Positions 38,365-48,968 of a stretch of DNA of 64,000 nt are shown here, in pieces. The notes under the pieces are model-generated. The model had not been told where the DNA came from and made no database searches. It worked only from the letters and a program-made list of their open reading frames with translations. The translations under genes were made by a program, and so were the position numbers. This stretch comes from a virus (Duplodnaviria > Caudoviricetes): the IMG/VR virus record IMGVR_UViG_3300033463_000015. One strand, written 5' to 3'. Numbering within the stretch: the first letter of the stretch is position 1; each line of letters starts with the position of its first letter.

Positions 38365-40224
38365 GTGGCTTACGATATTAACTCAATTGAAAGTCTTACT
38401 TTTAAAGAAGGTGTAAGACAGCGTATTCAGATGTATTTGGGATCAGATGATATTGAAGGCACGTATCAGGCCCTTAAAGAAATCATCAATAATAGTACTG
38501 ATGAAGCTCTTGCTGGTTATGGTAAGAAGATTGAAATTACTCTTTATCCAACTACTAATGGTATTCGTGTTCGTGACTATGGCCGTGGAGTTCCATTCGG
38601 TATTAGAGAAAATGGTGAAAATGTACTCGTATCTATTTTTACTAAATCTCATACTGGTGGAAAATTTGACCACGATGCCTATAAGAATGCCTCAGGATTA
38701 AATGGTATTGGCGGAAGTTGTGTATGTCTTTCTTCTTATTATTTTGAAGTTACCAGTTATAGAGATGGGAAAAAAGCAATCGCAACCTTTTCTAAAGGAG
38801 AATTAAATACCTATAAAGAATCTTCTGCCAAGAATGAAAAATCTGGTACTGATATTTATTTTGTACCAGATTGGGAAGTATTCTCTAATGGTAAAATTGG
38901 TTATGACTTTACACGCATTTGTAAAGACATCCAAGATATTTCGTATCTCTATCCAGGAATTGAATTTGTAGTTTCTAATGGAAATGATACAAAAACATAT
39001 TGTGCTAAAAACGGTATTGTAGATTTTGTAGCTGAGCAAGTTACAAAACCTCTTCAAAAGCATATTATTACCGGCTCAGCAACTGATGGTACTGACCAAG
39101 TAGAAATTGCTTTTCAATGGGGTAGCCGCCGCGAGATGCCGTATGTCTTCGTAAATGGTCTTCGTTGCCCAGAACTTGGAACTCCAGTAACTGGCGCCCG
39201 AAGTGCCATCACAAAAACCTTTAATACTCTATCTGGTCAAGATTTTGAAGGCGAATATATTCGTAATAATCTATTTTATGTAATTAATTGTAAAGTAGAA
39301 AATCCTTCATTTGCTAACCAGACTAAGACAAAGATCAACAATCCATCACTTCGTACTCTTGCGACTACTGCTTTCACTAATGCTCTAAAGGATATGTATG
39401 TAAAATATCCTTCAGAATTTACTACTATTGTAGAAATGCTGAAGAAAGTAGAGAAAGCAGAAGCCGCGGCAGAACGTGCCCGCAATGCAGTTCTTAATCT
39501 TGAAAAAAAAGAAACTGAACAAAAGAAGCAGAAGATTACTTCTTCTGACAAATTCAAAGATTGCGAGAAACACGGCCAAGACTCAATGCTAATTATCTGC
39601 GAGGGTAATTCAGCACTTGGCGGTCTAATGCCTGCACGTGATGTTAATAAGGAAGCGCTTTATGCCGTGCGCGGTAAAGTAAAGAATCTTTTAAAGCATC
39701 CGCTTGATGAATGTCTTGAGAACCAAGAAATTAGTGACATCATTATGGCGCTTGGTTGCGGCATTCAGGAACGCTACAATGGCCGCAAACTTAATTATGG
39801 TAAAGTAGCTATCGCAACCGATGGTGACGTTGATGGCTATTCTATTATGTGTCTAATCTCTACAATGTTTTATGTCCTTATGCCAAAGTTTATTCTTGAA
39901 AATAGACTTTGTTGGCTCCGGGCTCCTCTTTATAAGATTGAAAAAGGCAATAGTAAGTTATTTGCTTATAATGATGAAGAGCTTGCGAAAATTAGAAAAG
40001 GACGCGAGAATTGGGAAATTACGAGGGCCAAAGGCTTGGGCGAGTTGAGCAGCGATGATATGGAGCGTTCGATGCTTCATCCTACTGAACGGCGCCTTGA
40101 GGTTCTTTCAATTCACGATGTAGAACTAGCGGCTGAAAGTATTCAAATGCTTATGGGTCCGGAAGTTGAAGGTAGAAGACAGTTCTTGTTTGACAATGTT
40201 GATTTTAGTATAATCAACAGATAA
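38365..40224 (+). CDS. gyrB: Type IIA topoisomerase subunit B (GyrB/ParE-like)
   Basis: EIINNSTDE, DYGRGVP, HTGGKF, EGNSA, RGKVKN, DGDVDG, KGLGE. Confidence 0.9.
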   Translation: MAYDINSIESLTFKEGVRQRIQMYLGSDDIEGTYQALKEIINNSTDEALAGYGKKIEITLYPTTNGIRVRDYGRGVPFGIRENGENVLVSIFTKSHTGGKFDHDAYKNASGLNGIGGSCVCLSSYYFEVTSYRDGKKAIATFSKGELNTYKESSAKNEKSGTDIYFVPDWEVFSNGKIGYDFTRICKDIQDISYLYPGIEFVVSNGNDTKTYCAKNGIVDFVAEQVTKPLQKHIITGSATDGTDQVEIAFQWGSRREMPYVFVNGLRCPELGTPVTGARSAITKTFNTLSGQDFEGEYIRNNLFYVINCKVENPSFANQTKTKINNPSLRTLATTAFTNALKDMYVKYPSEFTTIVEMLKKVEKAEAAAERARNAVLNLEKKETEQKKQKITSSDKFKDCEKHGQDSMLIICEGNSALGGLMPARDVNKEALYAVRGKVKNLLKHPLDECLENQEISDIIMALGCGIQERYNGRKLNYGKVAIATDGDVDGYSIMCLISTMFYVLMPKFILENRLCWLRAPLYKIEKGNSKLFAYNDEELAKIRKGRENWEITRAKGLGELSSDDMERSMLHPTERRLEVLSIHDVELAAESIQMLMGPEVEGRRQFLFDNVDFSIINR

Positions 40225-40276
40225 TTGACTTATTTCAAATTTATGATATAATATATAAAAAGGAGGATGATGAGAA

Positions 40277-42652
40277 TTGATTTATGAAACCGACTTTCAA
40301 AAATCAATTGAGGATGCTTTTCTTGCCTATGGCGCATCTGTAGCACAGGAAAGAGCTATCCCCGACGTGCGTGATATGATAAAAATCGGCCTGCGGCAAG
40401 GGCTATATGCACAATATAGCAATAAGCTAACTTATAAGGATAAGTACCAGAAGGCGCAGAAGTCTGTAGCCGCCGCAATGAGCCAGTCATATGTTCATGG
40501 CGATGCCGCAATGTATGATACCTTTATTCGAGCCGCACGTCCTTGGTCTTATCGTTATCCTCTTGAAGCAGTTCAGGGTAACTTTGGTAACCCAACTTCT
40601 CCTGATAGTCACGCTGCCGCTCGTTATGTAGAAATGAAAGCGGCAGAAATTAGTAATGTGCTATTTGATGGACTAAAGAAGAACGCAATTGGAGACCAGT
40701 ATTATAACAACTACGATGATACTGAACTTATTCCTTCTGTGTTCCCATCCATTGGCTTCTGGAATATTGTGAATGGATGCTCCGGTATTGCGGTTGCATT
40801 AGCCACCAGTGTTCCAACATTCAATCTAAAGGAAGTCAATCAGGCTCTTATCACTCTTATTAGAAATCCAAACGCAACATTTGATGAAATCTATTGTGCT
40901 CCGGATTTTCCGTGCGGTGGAACGATTACAAATGCGGCCGCAGTTAAAGAGTCTCTAAGAGCAGGAAAGGGAGAGTCCGCTCGTATTCGTGCTCATTTGG
41001 AATATATTCCGGATCAAAATATGATTCGAGCGACTGAACTGCCATACAGTGTTTTTACTAATACAGTAATTGACCAACTTGCTGAAATTACTTCAGAGCA
41101 TCCAGACTACGGAATTGAACGCGTAGTAGACCATACAAAGAAAGAAGCAGACATTAGGATTTATCTCACAAAAGGGATTAATCCTAATCGTATGATGGAG
41201 AAGCTATATAAAGACACTTCTCTTGAAAACTGGTTCTCAATTAATATGGTCTTACTAGATCAGGGTCGCTTTCCAAAGGTATTTGGATGGAGAGCAGCCT
41301 GTGAAGCGTATATTACTCACATCAGGCAGTGTAAGCGCAATATTATCCAATATGATTTGGATAAAGCATTAGCGCGAAAAAATATCGTAGATGGTTTAAT
41401 TAAGGCGTACTCAATTATTGACGAGATTGTCGCGCTTATTAGGTCTTCTGCTAATCCTGCTGAAGCTTCAGAAAAACTCATTTCAGTATATGAATTCAAT
41501 GAAGAACAAGCTAAGGCAATTCTAGCGATGAAACTATCTTCGCTTACTCGACTGGATATTGTAAAATTAACTAATGAGCAGGCGCAACTTGTACAAGATA
41601 TTGAGAAGTATCAACACTTATTAAATACCCCCTCTGCACTTGATGAAGAACTCATTAAGTCACTTGAGGCGGTTTCCATCCAATACGGCGACCCCCGCCG
41701 TACATCACTCCAGAACACGCTCGCCGCCGATGCTGAAGTAGAATTGCCCCAAGAGAAGGAAGTCGGTATTATGCTCTTTGATAACGACGTTCTTCGTATC
41801 GTCGAAAAAGACGAACTTCAGGGCGGCAAGCGTGGTCGTAAAGGCGTAAATATCAAGCCACCAAAGAATGCTAATCTTATGAATACTCTTTATACTACTA
41901 ATCTTGGTAGCGTATTGGCATTCACTACGAGCGGTAGAATGTATAGTTTCTCAATTAGCGATCTAAATCTAAATAAGGACTATTCAATCTACGAGATGAT
42001 TACGCCGCAGGATAATGAAAAGGTTATTCTTCTAATTGATGGCACCTCTTTCTACGCATACCATCATTTAGTTACTATTAGTAAAAATGGTTACATCAAA
42101 AAGAGCCATACAGAAGAATATCGCGTGCGCGCAAAGAGGGGCACTCCCGCAGTGAAGTTGGAAGATGGCGATAAACTAATTGGCGCTTATCTATCTATGG
42201 ATGATAGCGATAAGATGTTTATTGTATCCAGTAGCGGTAATTACAATTTCTACGATTTAACAGAAGTAAGTTCTACTGGCCGGACAACAAAGGGAGTTCG
42301 CGCAATTAAGTTGGATAAAAATGAAAGCATCCAGACCGCAACAATTATTAGAAATGGGACTACTTATAAAGGTATTCTTTCCATCACTAATAATGGCAAG
42401 GGCAAGATTACTTCAATTGCTGACTTTCCAATAACTTCAAAAGGCATCAAAGGTAATCAGGTAATGTCTCTAAAAAATGAGACTTTGGCCCTCGTATATG
42501 CGGTTCCGGATGACCAAGAAAAGTTATTCATTTCAGCGAATAACAAAGCAGTAGTAATTGATGTAAGCACTATTCCTATTCAAAACCGAATGACTAGCGG
42601 CTTACTCATTATTGATGCTCGCAACTCAAATACTACAATTGAAATTATGTGA
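40277..42652 (+). CDS. gyrA: Type IIA topoisomerase subunit A (GyrA/ParC-like)
   Basis: ERAIPDVRD, HGD, AAARYVE, beta-pinwheel repeats. Confidence 0.9.
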   Translation: MIYETDFQKSIEDAFLAYGASVAQERAIPDVRDMIKIGLRQGLYAQYSNKLTYKDKYQKAQKSVAAAMSQSYVHGDAAMYDTFIRAARPWSYRYPLEAVQGNFGNPTSPDSHAAARYVEMKAAEISNVLFDGLKKNAIGDQYYNNYDDTELIPSVFPSIGFWNIVNGCSGIAVALATSVPTFNLKEVNQALITLIRNPNATFDEIYCAPDFPCGGTITNAAAVKESLRAGKGESARIRAHLEYIPDQNMIRATELPYSVFTNTVIDQLAEITSEHPDYGIERVVDHTKKEADIRIYLTKGINPNRMMEKLYKDTSLENWFSINMVLLDQGRFPKVFGWRAACEAYITHIRQCKRNIIQYDLDKALARKNIVDGLIKAYSIIDEIVALIRSSANPAEASEKLISVYEFNEEQAKAILAMKLSSLTRLDIVKLTNEQAQLVQDIEKYQHLLNTPSALDEELIKSLEAVSIQYGDPRRTSLQNTLAADAEVELPQEKEVGIMLFDNDVLRIVEKDELQGGKRGRKGVNIKPPKNANLMNTLYTTNLGSVLAFTTSGRMYSFSISDLNLNKDYSIYEMITPQDNEKVILLIDGTSFYAYHHLVTISKNGYIKKSHTEEYRVRAKRGTPAVKLEDGDKLIGAYLSMDDSDKMFIVSSSGNYNFYDLTEVSSTGRTTKGVRAIKLDKNESIQTATIIRNGTTYKGILSITNNGKGKITSIADFPITSKGIKGNQVMSLKNETLALVYAVPDDQEKLFISANNKAVVIDVSTIPIQNRMTSGLLIIDARNSNTTIEIM

Positions 42653-42661
42653 GGAATGGTT

Positions 42662-43036
42662 ATGAATAAGGAATATTAGAACCTATTTAAGGAACTCGCT
42701 CACGCGGTTGAACTACTCGCTGAGCAGGTTATGGAATATGACCATAACCATAACGATGATGAAGGCGAAAAGACTGCGCAAATTATGCGAGATGACTTTG
42801 CCGCCCTCACAGAAAAGTTCAACGCAGAGGAAGTTGCGCTTGAGCGCAATGATTATATCAAGCTACTAACTGGCGTCTATATTATTGTCAATAACCTTCA
42901 AGATAAGATTACCAATCTAAAGAAGACTATTGATGGTTACCAGACAAATGTTAGCGCCAAGCTACAGCGAATTATGAACGAGACCAAGACAGACGAAGAA
43001 GCAAATACATTAGCAAACGAATTGTTTAGTATTTGA
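42662..43036 (+). CDS. Hypothetical protein
   Basis: ORF from upstream ATG. Confidence 0.6.
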
Positions 43037-43235
43037 CTTTTATAAAAAATATGTTATAATATAATTGTCAAAGGGAAAAGGGCTCTAAAAATTATTGAGC
43101 ATTTGATGGAGATAAATATTTGACAAATATAAAAATATCTGGTATAATAAATACATAAAGAGGAAGAGGAAAAGGAAACCCTTACCGCTTTACAAAATAA
43201 AATAATAAAAAACAAAACAAAGGAGATTGATCATT

Positions 43236-43601
43236 ATGACCGTAAATAGTGAACTAGTACTAAATTTTCTAAAGAAGAACTATGGTAAGGAATTTAGCAA
43301 GGCTGAGATTGCTGAGGCTCTAGGCATTTCTATCCCCGCCGTAACTGGCACTATGAATGCTCTAGTTAAGAATAAGCTAGCTGAGAATACCCGTGAGGAA
43401 ACCGTTGAGGTGACCCCCGCTACTGAGACCCGTAAGGCCGTAACCAAGGTTGTGAAGTATCACACCCTAACTGAGGCCGGTCTAGCCTATGATCCTGTTG
43501 CCGCAGAAGCTGAGAAGCTAGCCGCGAAGGAAGCCGCAAAGGCTGAGCGCGCTGCTGCTCGTGCCGCTGCTAAGGCCGCAAAGGAAGCCGCTGGCGAGTA
43601 A
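43236..43601 (+). CDS. Winged-HTH DNA-binding protein with Ala/Lys-rich tail
   Basis: SKAEIAEALGISIPAVTGTMNALVK; tandem promoters upstream. Confidence 0.75.
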   Translation: MTVNSELVLNFLKKNYGKEFSKAEIAEALGISIPAVTGTMNALVKNKLAENTREETVEVTPATETRKAVTKVVKYHTLTEAGLAYDPVAAEAEKLAAKEAAKAERAAARAAAKAAKEAAGE

Positions 43602-43729
43602 TCTTGAGATAAAGGCGGCGGTTCCTAAAATTGGAACCGTCGTTTTTATATCTTGACTTTTTGTCAAATTTATAATATAATAAAGTTGTAAAGAAAAAAT
43701 ACACATTAAAAAGAAAGAGGTAAAAGTTT

Positions 43730-44620
43730 ATGAGTAAGAACATTATGACAGAAGCTAACAACAAGGTAAATATCGTCGGTAAGCTAATGGATGTTACGCT
43801 AGGTAGCGGAACTCTTAGTGATGGCCGCAAGTATGAGCGCGCATCTCTAACCGTTCGTGTGAACCAGACTTTTGGTGGTCGTGAGGAAGTTAGCGAGATT
43901 CCGCTAAGTATGTTTGCGACCCAGTATACCAAGACTAATAAGGTAAATCCTGCGTTTGAGCAGATCCAGAATCTCAAGAAGATGAAGACTGCGCAGAATG
44001 TAGGTATTGATGATGCGGATACTGTTCGTGTCAGCGGAGCAACTCTTCGTGAGAACAATTTCGTATCTAAGAGCGGCCAGCTAATCAATGGTTGGCAGAT
44101 TAACACTTCTTTCATTGGAACTACTAGCGCAAGCGATGTAGCTACTTTCCAGGAAGAGATTTTCATTATGGATATGCACGATGAGGTTGATCGTGAGGGT
44201 GATCCAACTGGTCGTCTTGTAATCAAGGGTGGCCTTGTACAGTATGGTGGCAAGCTTGATGTACTTGAGTTCATCGTTGAGCAGCCTGAAGCGGTTGAAT
44301 TTATTAGCCGCAATTGGAATGTCAATGATACAATTGGCACCGTTGGCCGCATTCGTGTAACCTCTCAGGAGGAGAAGTCTAGCGGTAAGACTAGTTCTTG
44401 GGGTGAGGATATTCCCGAGACTACCACTCGTTTTGTCCGCGAACTTATTATCACCAAGGGTGATGATGAGGGACATGAGGAAGAGTTCGCATATGATCCT
44501 ACTGATATTAAGAAGGCATTTAATGTGCGTAAGGCTCTTATTGAGCAGATGCAGACTGAGGCTACTCAGCCGAAGCCCGCGGCAGCTGCTACATCCGCTT
44601 CTAAGTATAGTTGGGAGTAA
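43730..44620 (+). CDS. Single-stranded DNA-binding protein (phage type)
   Basis: NKVNIVGKL OB start; replication module context. Confidence 0.65.
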   Translation: MSKNIMTEANNKVNIVGKLMDVTLGSGTLSDGRKYERASLTVRVNQTFGGREEVSEIPLSMFATQYTKTNKVNPAFEQIQNLKKMKTAQNVGIDDADTVRVSGATLRENNFVSKSGQLINGWQINTSFIGTTSASDVATFQEEIFIMDMHDEVDREGDPTGRLVIKGGLVQYGGKLDVLEFIVEQPEAVEFISRNWNVNDTIGTVGRIRVTSQEEKSSGKTSSWGEDIPETTTRFVRELIITKGDDEGHEEEFAYDPTDIKKAFNVRKALIEQMQTEATQPKPAAAATSASKYSWE

Positions 44621-44653
44621 TCCTAACTATACTTTCACAGGAGTGTGATGATT

Positions 44654-45649
44654 ATGGATTTGGATATTTTCTCTCTTGAACCATCTAAAATTTCTCGTGA
44701 TTTAAAGGGTAAATACATCCTGATTTATGGCCAGCCTAAAACTGGTAAATCTACGTTCGGTAGTCAGCTACCACGTGGATTGTTCCTAAACTTTGAGTAG
44801 GGCACTAATGCGCTCGCAGGTATCCGCAGCGTACCAATCCTACGGTGGTCTGATTTTAAGAAGGTTCTTTCGCAGCTGCGTAAGCCGCAGGCTCGTGAAA
44901 TGTATGACACTATTGTTGTTGATACTGCGTCTATCGCGTGGCAGCTTTGTGAAAAGTATGTATGCCAGCGTGAAGGCGTAGAGTCAATTAGAGATATTCC
45001 TTGGGGACAAGGTTGGGGTATGTTAAGAAATGAGTTCGCAGAATGCTGGCGTGAAATTACTCTTCTTGGCTTTGGCATTCTTTTCATCGCCCATAGTAAA
45101 GAAAAGCCTACAGAAATGCAGGACGAGGAAGGAAATACAATTACCGCAGTTGCGCCTGACCTACCCAATCAGTGCTATACAATTATCAACTCTATTGTTG
45201 ATATTATTGGATACTTACAGGTTCAAATGAACAACGATGGAACCTCAGAGCGCTTTCTATATACTCGTTCAACTCCAACCGTATTTGCGGGCAGCCGCTA
45301 TCAGTATCTCGCTCCAAAAATTAAGTTTGGTTATCAGGAGCTTGTAGATGCTATTGGCTCCGCGATTGATATGGCGGTTGAACGCGATGGCGCGCAGGTA
45401 ACAGACCACACCGAGTTCGCCCAGATTAAGGACCGCCCATTCCCAGAAATTATGGAAGAAGCGAAGGCTATCTGGATGAAGTATCTTAATGATACTACTA
45501 CTGATGAAGAGAAAGATCAGCATCTCAACATTATGCGTGATATTATCCGCAAGGTGTTTGGCACCGAGGACTTCAAGTTAAGTCAGGCAGTGCCTTCACA
45601 GGCAGATTTGCTTGAACTCTTCATTTCAGAAATGAAAGACCTGATCTAA
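44654..45649 (+). CDS. AAA_24/Sak4-like ATPase; TAG=Gln
   Basis: YGQPKTGKST, IVVDT, FIAH. Confidence 0.8.
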
Positions 45650-45736
45650 CAATTAAGACCCGTAAGGGTCTTTTTATTTGACAAAATATGAATTTTATGT
45701 TATAATAATTATAGACTATTAGAAGGAGATGTTCGT

Positions 45737-46228
45737 ATGGCGGGTAGAGCTATAAAGAAATGTTATGGTTGTAAGCAAGAATTTAGAAGTGAAGAACTTG
45801 TATATTATGCGTCTCCAACCGCAAACACAGGCTATAATTATTGTCCTAAATGTTTAGCTGAAAAGCAGGCGCGTGAGCGTTTTAGTTATAAGGTATGTTC
45901 CATTTTTGGATTGAAGGCGCCAGGACCTCGTATTTGGGCTGAGCGTAAACGACTACAAGAGAATTATGGATATACAGATGATGTAATTGTAGATTGTTTA
46001 GATTATATTTATAATGTAGAACACAAGAAGAAATTGTCTGAATCTCTTTATCTTGTTAATCCAACTATGGTTGAAAGAATGAAAAGACATAAGTCTGCAG
46101 AAGAATATAACGCACAGAAAATCATTGATGCTATGAGCCAGAAGATTCAAAAATATGTAGTGCCAGTAAGAGAAAATAAAAAAGAAGATAAAAACGCTAT
46201 TAATCTTGATGAATGGTTAGAAGATTAA
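45737..46228 (+). CDS. Zn-binding replication-associated hypothetical protein
   Basis: CYGC...CPKC; upstream of helicase. Confidence 0.65.
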   Translation: MAGRAIKKCYGCKQEFRSEELVYYASPTANTGYNYCPKCLAEKQARERFSYKVCSIFGLKAPGPRIWAERKRLQENYGYTDDVIVDCLDYIYNVEHKKKLSESLYLVNPTMVERMKRHKSAEEYNAQKIIDAMSQKIQKYVVPVRENKKEDKNAINLDEWLED

Positions 46229-46241
46229 GGCGGTGAGATGA

Positions 46242-47840
46242 GTGGTTCTATCAGATAAAAGAGCGTATCAAAATGTGATAGGCTGTTTGATGCTGAATCC
46301 GTCGCTTTTGTTGGAATATACAGATATTAATGCGAAAGATTTTGACGTAAAGTGTGCAAGATATAGTTTTGCGATTATAAAACTATTGTATGAAGCCGGC
46401 GCACAGGTGCTTACTCCAATGGATGTAGATATGGAAATGGAGAAGCATAGCGCAAGTTATATTACATATCAAAAGGAACACGGATTAGACTTTCTTAAAG
46501 AAAGTTATGAAAATGCTCAACCGAGCAACTTTAAGTCATCATACAACAGTCTAAAAAAGTATTCATTGTTGCGGCGACTTCGTGAAGAAAAATATGATAT
46601 TAGTGAATATTATTTGGAGGATAAGGATATACAAAATCCTATCCAAGAAATTGAAGTCCAGCAGCATTTTGATGAATCAAGTTTGGAGGATATTCTAAAC
46701 ACAATTGAAAGTAAATATAATGTCATTAGAAATGATTATCTAAATGGCGGACATTTAAAAGGAGATCCGGCGGAAGGATTGGCAGAACTAATTGATGAAT
46801 TAAAGACAAGTCCAAGTATTGGACCCAGTTTAGAGGGTTCAATTTTTAGTACTGTTTGCCGTGGTGCGCGTGAAGGATGTTTTTATTTGAAGTCAAGTTC
46901 AAGTGGTTCTGGTAAAACGAGAACATCGGTATTTGATGCGTGTCATATCGCGTTTCCAGAACGATGGTCTTTTGAAGAAGAGTGTTTTGTTGAAGAAGTT
47001 GATTATAATGGTGAATTTAGAAAGCCACGAAAGACATTATTCATCGTAACTGAGATGGATAAAGAGGAACTTCAAACAATTATGTTGGCATACTTGTCTG
47101 GAGTAAATGAAGACCATATTCTTACTGGTAAATATGACTGGGATGAAGAAAGAAGAGTAAGGTATGCGGCAAAAATTATTGATAAATATCGTGAGTATTT
47201 TATCATTGAAGAAATAAGCGAACCGAACCTGGTAAATGTTCAAGTGACAATTAAAAAGTATGCGACATTAGAGCATATTAAGTATTGTTTCTTTGACTAC
47301 ATTCATTCAACTTCAAGTATGGTAGCACAGTTTGCTCATAATAATCTACGTGAAGATAGTATTCTAATGATGATGGCTAATCAGCTAAAGCAGCTCGCAA
47401 AAGATTATCATCTATTTATCTTTTCAGCAACTCAGGTAAATATGAGTGCGATGGATGATGATGGCGAGTTTAAGAATGAAATGAGTATTCGTGGCGCGAA
47501 AAGTATAGCTGATAAAGCGGATATGGCATATGTAATGACAAAGATTGGGCCGAAGACTTGGAACAGTTTAGTTCCAACTTTAAAGTCAGCAGTGCGTCAA
47601 GGATATATTGCCGCAGAATATGTAGATGACGAGACACAAAAGCCAACTCATATTCTTGATATTTACAAAATGAGACGCGGACGTTATAAGAATGTTCGTA
47701 TCTGGATTAATCTTAATCTAGGCACCGGCCGGAGAAAGGATTTGTTTATTACTTCTGCAGATAATCAGCCATTAGGAAATGTAATTGACATATTTGAAGA
47801 TTGTAAGTTTATTAAAATAGAAGATTGGCGGGGAAAATAA
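46242..47840 (+). CDS. DnaB-like replicative helicase
   Basis: SGSGKT, TEM, FDYIH, SATQVN, IADKAD. Confidence 0.85.
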   Translation: MVLSDKRAYQNVIGCLMLNPSLLLEYTDINAKDFDVKCARYSFAIIKLLYEAGAQVLTPMDVDMEMEKHSASYITYQKEHGLDFLKESYENAQPSNFKSSYNSLKKYSLLRRLREEKYDISEYYLEDKDIQNPIQEIEVQQHFDESSLEDILNTIESKYNVIRNDYLNGGHLKGDPAEGLAELIDELKTSPSIGPSLEGSIFSTVCRGAREGCFYLKSSSSGSGKTRTSVFDACHIAFPERWSFEEECFVEEVDYNGEFRKPRKTLFIVTEMDKEELQTIMLAYLSGVNEDHILTGKYDWDEERRVRYAAKIIDKYREYFIIEEISEPNLVNVQVTIKKYATLEHIKYCFFDYIHSTSSMVAQFAHNNLREDSILMMMANQLKQLAKDYHLFIFSATQVNMSAMDDDGEFKNEMSIRGAKSIADKADMAYVMTKIGPKTWNSLVPTLKSAVRQGYIAAEYVDDETQKPTHILDIYKMRRGRYKNVRIWINLNLGTGRRKDLFITSADNQPLGNVIDIFEDCKFIKIEDWRGK

Positions 47841-48968
47841 ATGATTACAACATTACGCAATTTGGATACAGAGTTAGATAAAATAAATCTAACTACATTT
47901 GATATTATTAATTCTCTTACATTAAAAGATGTAGAGTATTTTTTAACGAGTTTGGGCGTGGATCAAATTGTTGTTAATCAAGAACGTGAATATATTATTT
48001 GTCCAACTATTTGTCATAATCCATTACACGAAACTGCGAGTATGAAATTGTATTGGTATCACGATCATAAAATTTTTAGATGTTATACCGAGTGTAATGA
48101 AGCGATGTCTATCTTTAGGCTCTATCAAAAGTTCTGCGCGTTGAACTTTAATAGAGAAGTAAATGATGTAGAAGCAAAAGAATATGTGTTGTCGTGTATT
48201 AAGCACGATATAGTCCATATTGATTATGATGAAAGCGAATATACATTAGATTTAGATAAATATAAATATACAAATAATATTCCAGAACTACCAGAATATC
48301 CAGCGGGAACAATTAATTATTTTATAAAATATTATCATCCCAGCTGGCTGGCAGATGGCATTTTGCCGCAAGCTATGGATAAGTTCAATATTCGCTTCTC
48401 AATTGGACAAAATAAAATTATTATCCCCCATTATGATATAAATGGACGATTGATCGGCATTCGCGGCCGAGCCCTAGAACGAGCAGAAATAGAAAACTAT
48501 GGTAAATATCGTCCAGTTCAAATTGGTAAAACAATGTATTCTCATCAGCTTCAATTTAATTTGTATGGTATTTATGAACATAAAGAAGCAATAAAGAAGC
48601 GGCGAGTAGCTGTCATTGCGGAAGCAGAAAAGTCTGTATTGTTGGATGACGGTTATTATGGTGAATGGAGCAATTGTGTTGCGTGTTGTGGCTCCAATAT
48701 AAATAAATATCATATTAGTTTATTAACAAATCAATTGGGAGTAAATGAAATTATTATCGCTCTTGATAAAGAATATACAGAAAGCTATGATGAAAAAGGT
48801 AAGGCTTATCGCCGCAAGTTAGAAGAAATTTGTAAGAAATATAACACGCAAGCATCTTTTTCATATATATGGGATTATGAAAATTTATTAGAGGAGAAAG
48901 ATTCTCCATTTGATAAGGGCCGAGATATATATGAATATTTATTAAAGAATAGAGTAAAGGTAAGGTAA
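47841..48968 (+). CDS. DNA primase
   Basis: CPTICHN...CYTEC Zn domain, IRGR, AEAEKS TOPRIM, ALDKE. Confidence 0.85.
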   Translation: MITTLRNLDTELDKINLTTFDIINSLTLKDVEYFLTSLGVDQIVVNQEREYIICPTICHNPLHETASMKLYWYHDHKIFRCYTECNEAMSIFRLYQKFCALNFNREVNDVEAKEYVLSCIKHDIVHIDYDESEYTLDLDKYKYTNNIPELPEYPAGTINYFIKYYHPSWLADGILPQAMDKFNIRFSIGQNKIIIPHYDINGRLIGIRGRALERAEIENYGKYRPVQIGKTMYSHQLQFNLYGIYEHKEAIKKRRVAVIAEAEKSVLLDDGYYGEWSNCVACCGSNINKYHISLLTNQLGVNEIIIALDKEYTESYDEKGKAYRRKLEEICKKYNTQASFSYIWDYENLLEEKDSPFDKGRDIYEYLLKNRVKVR

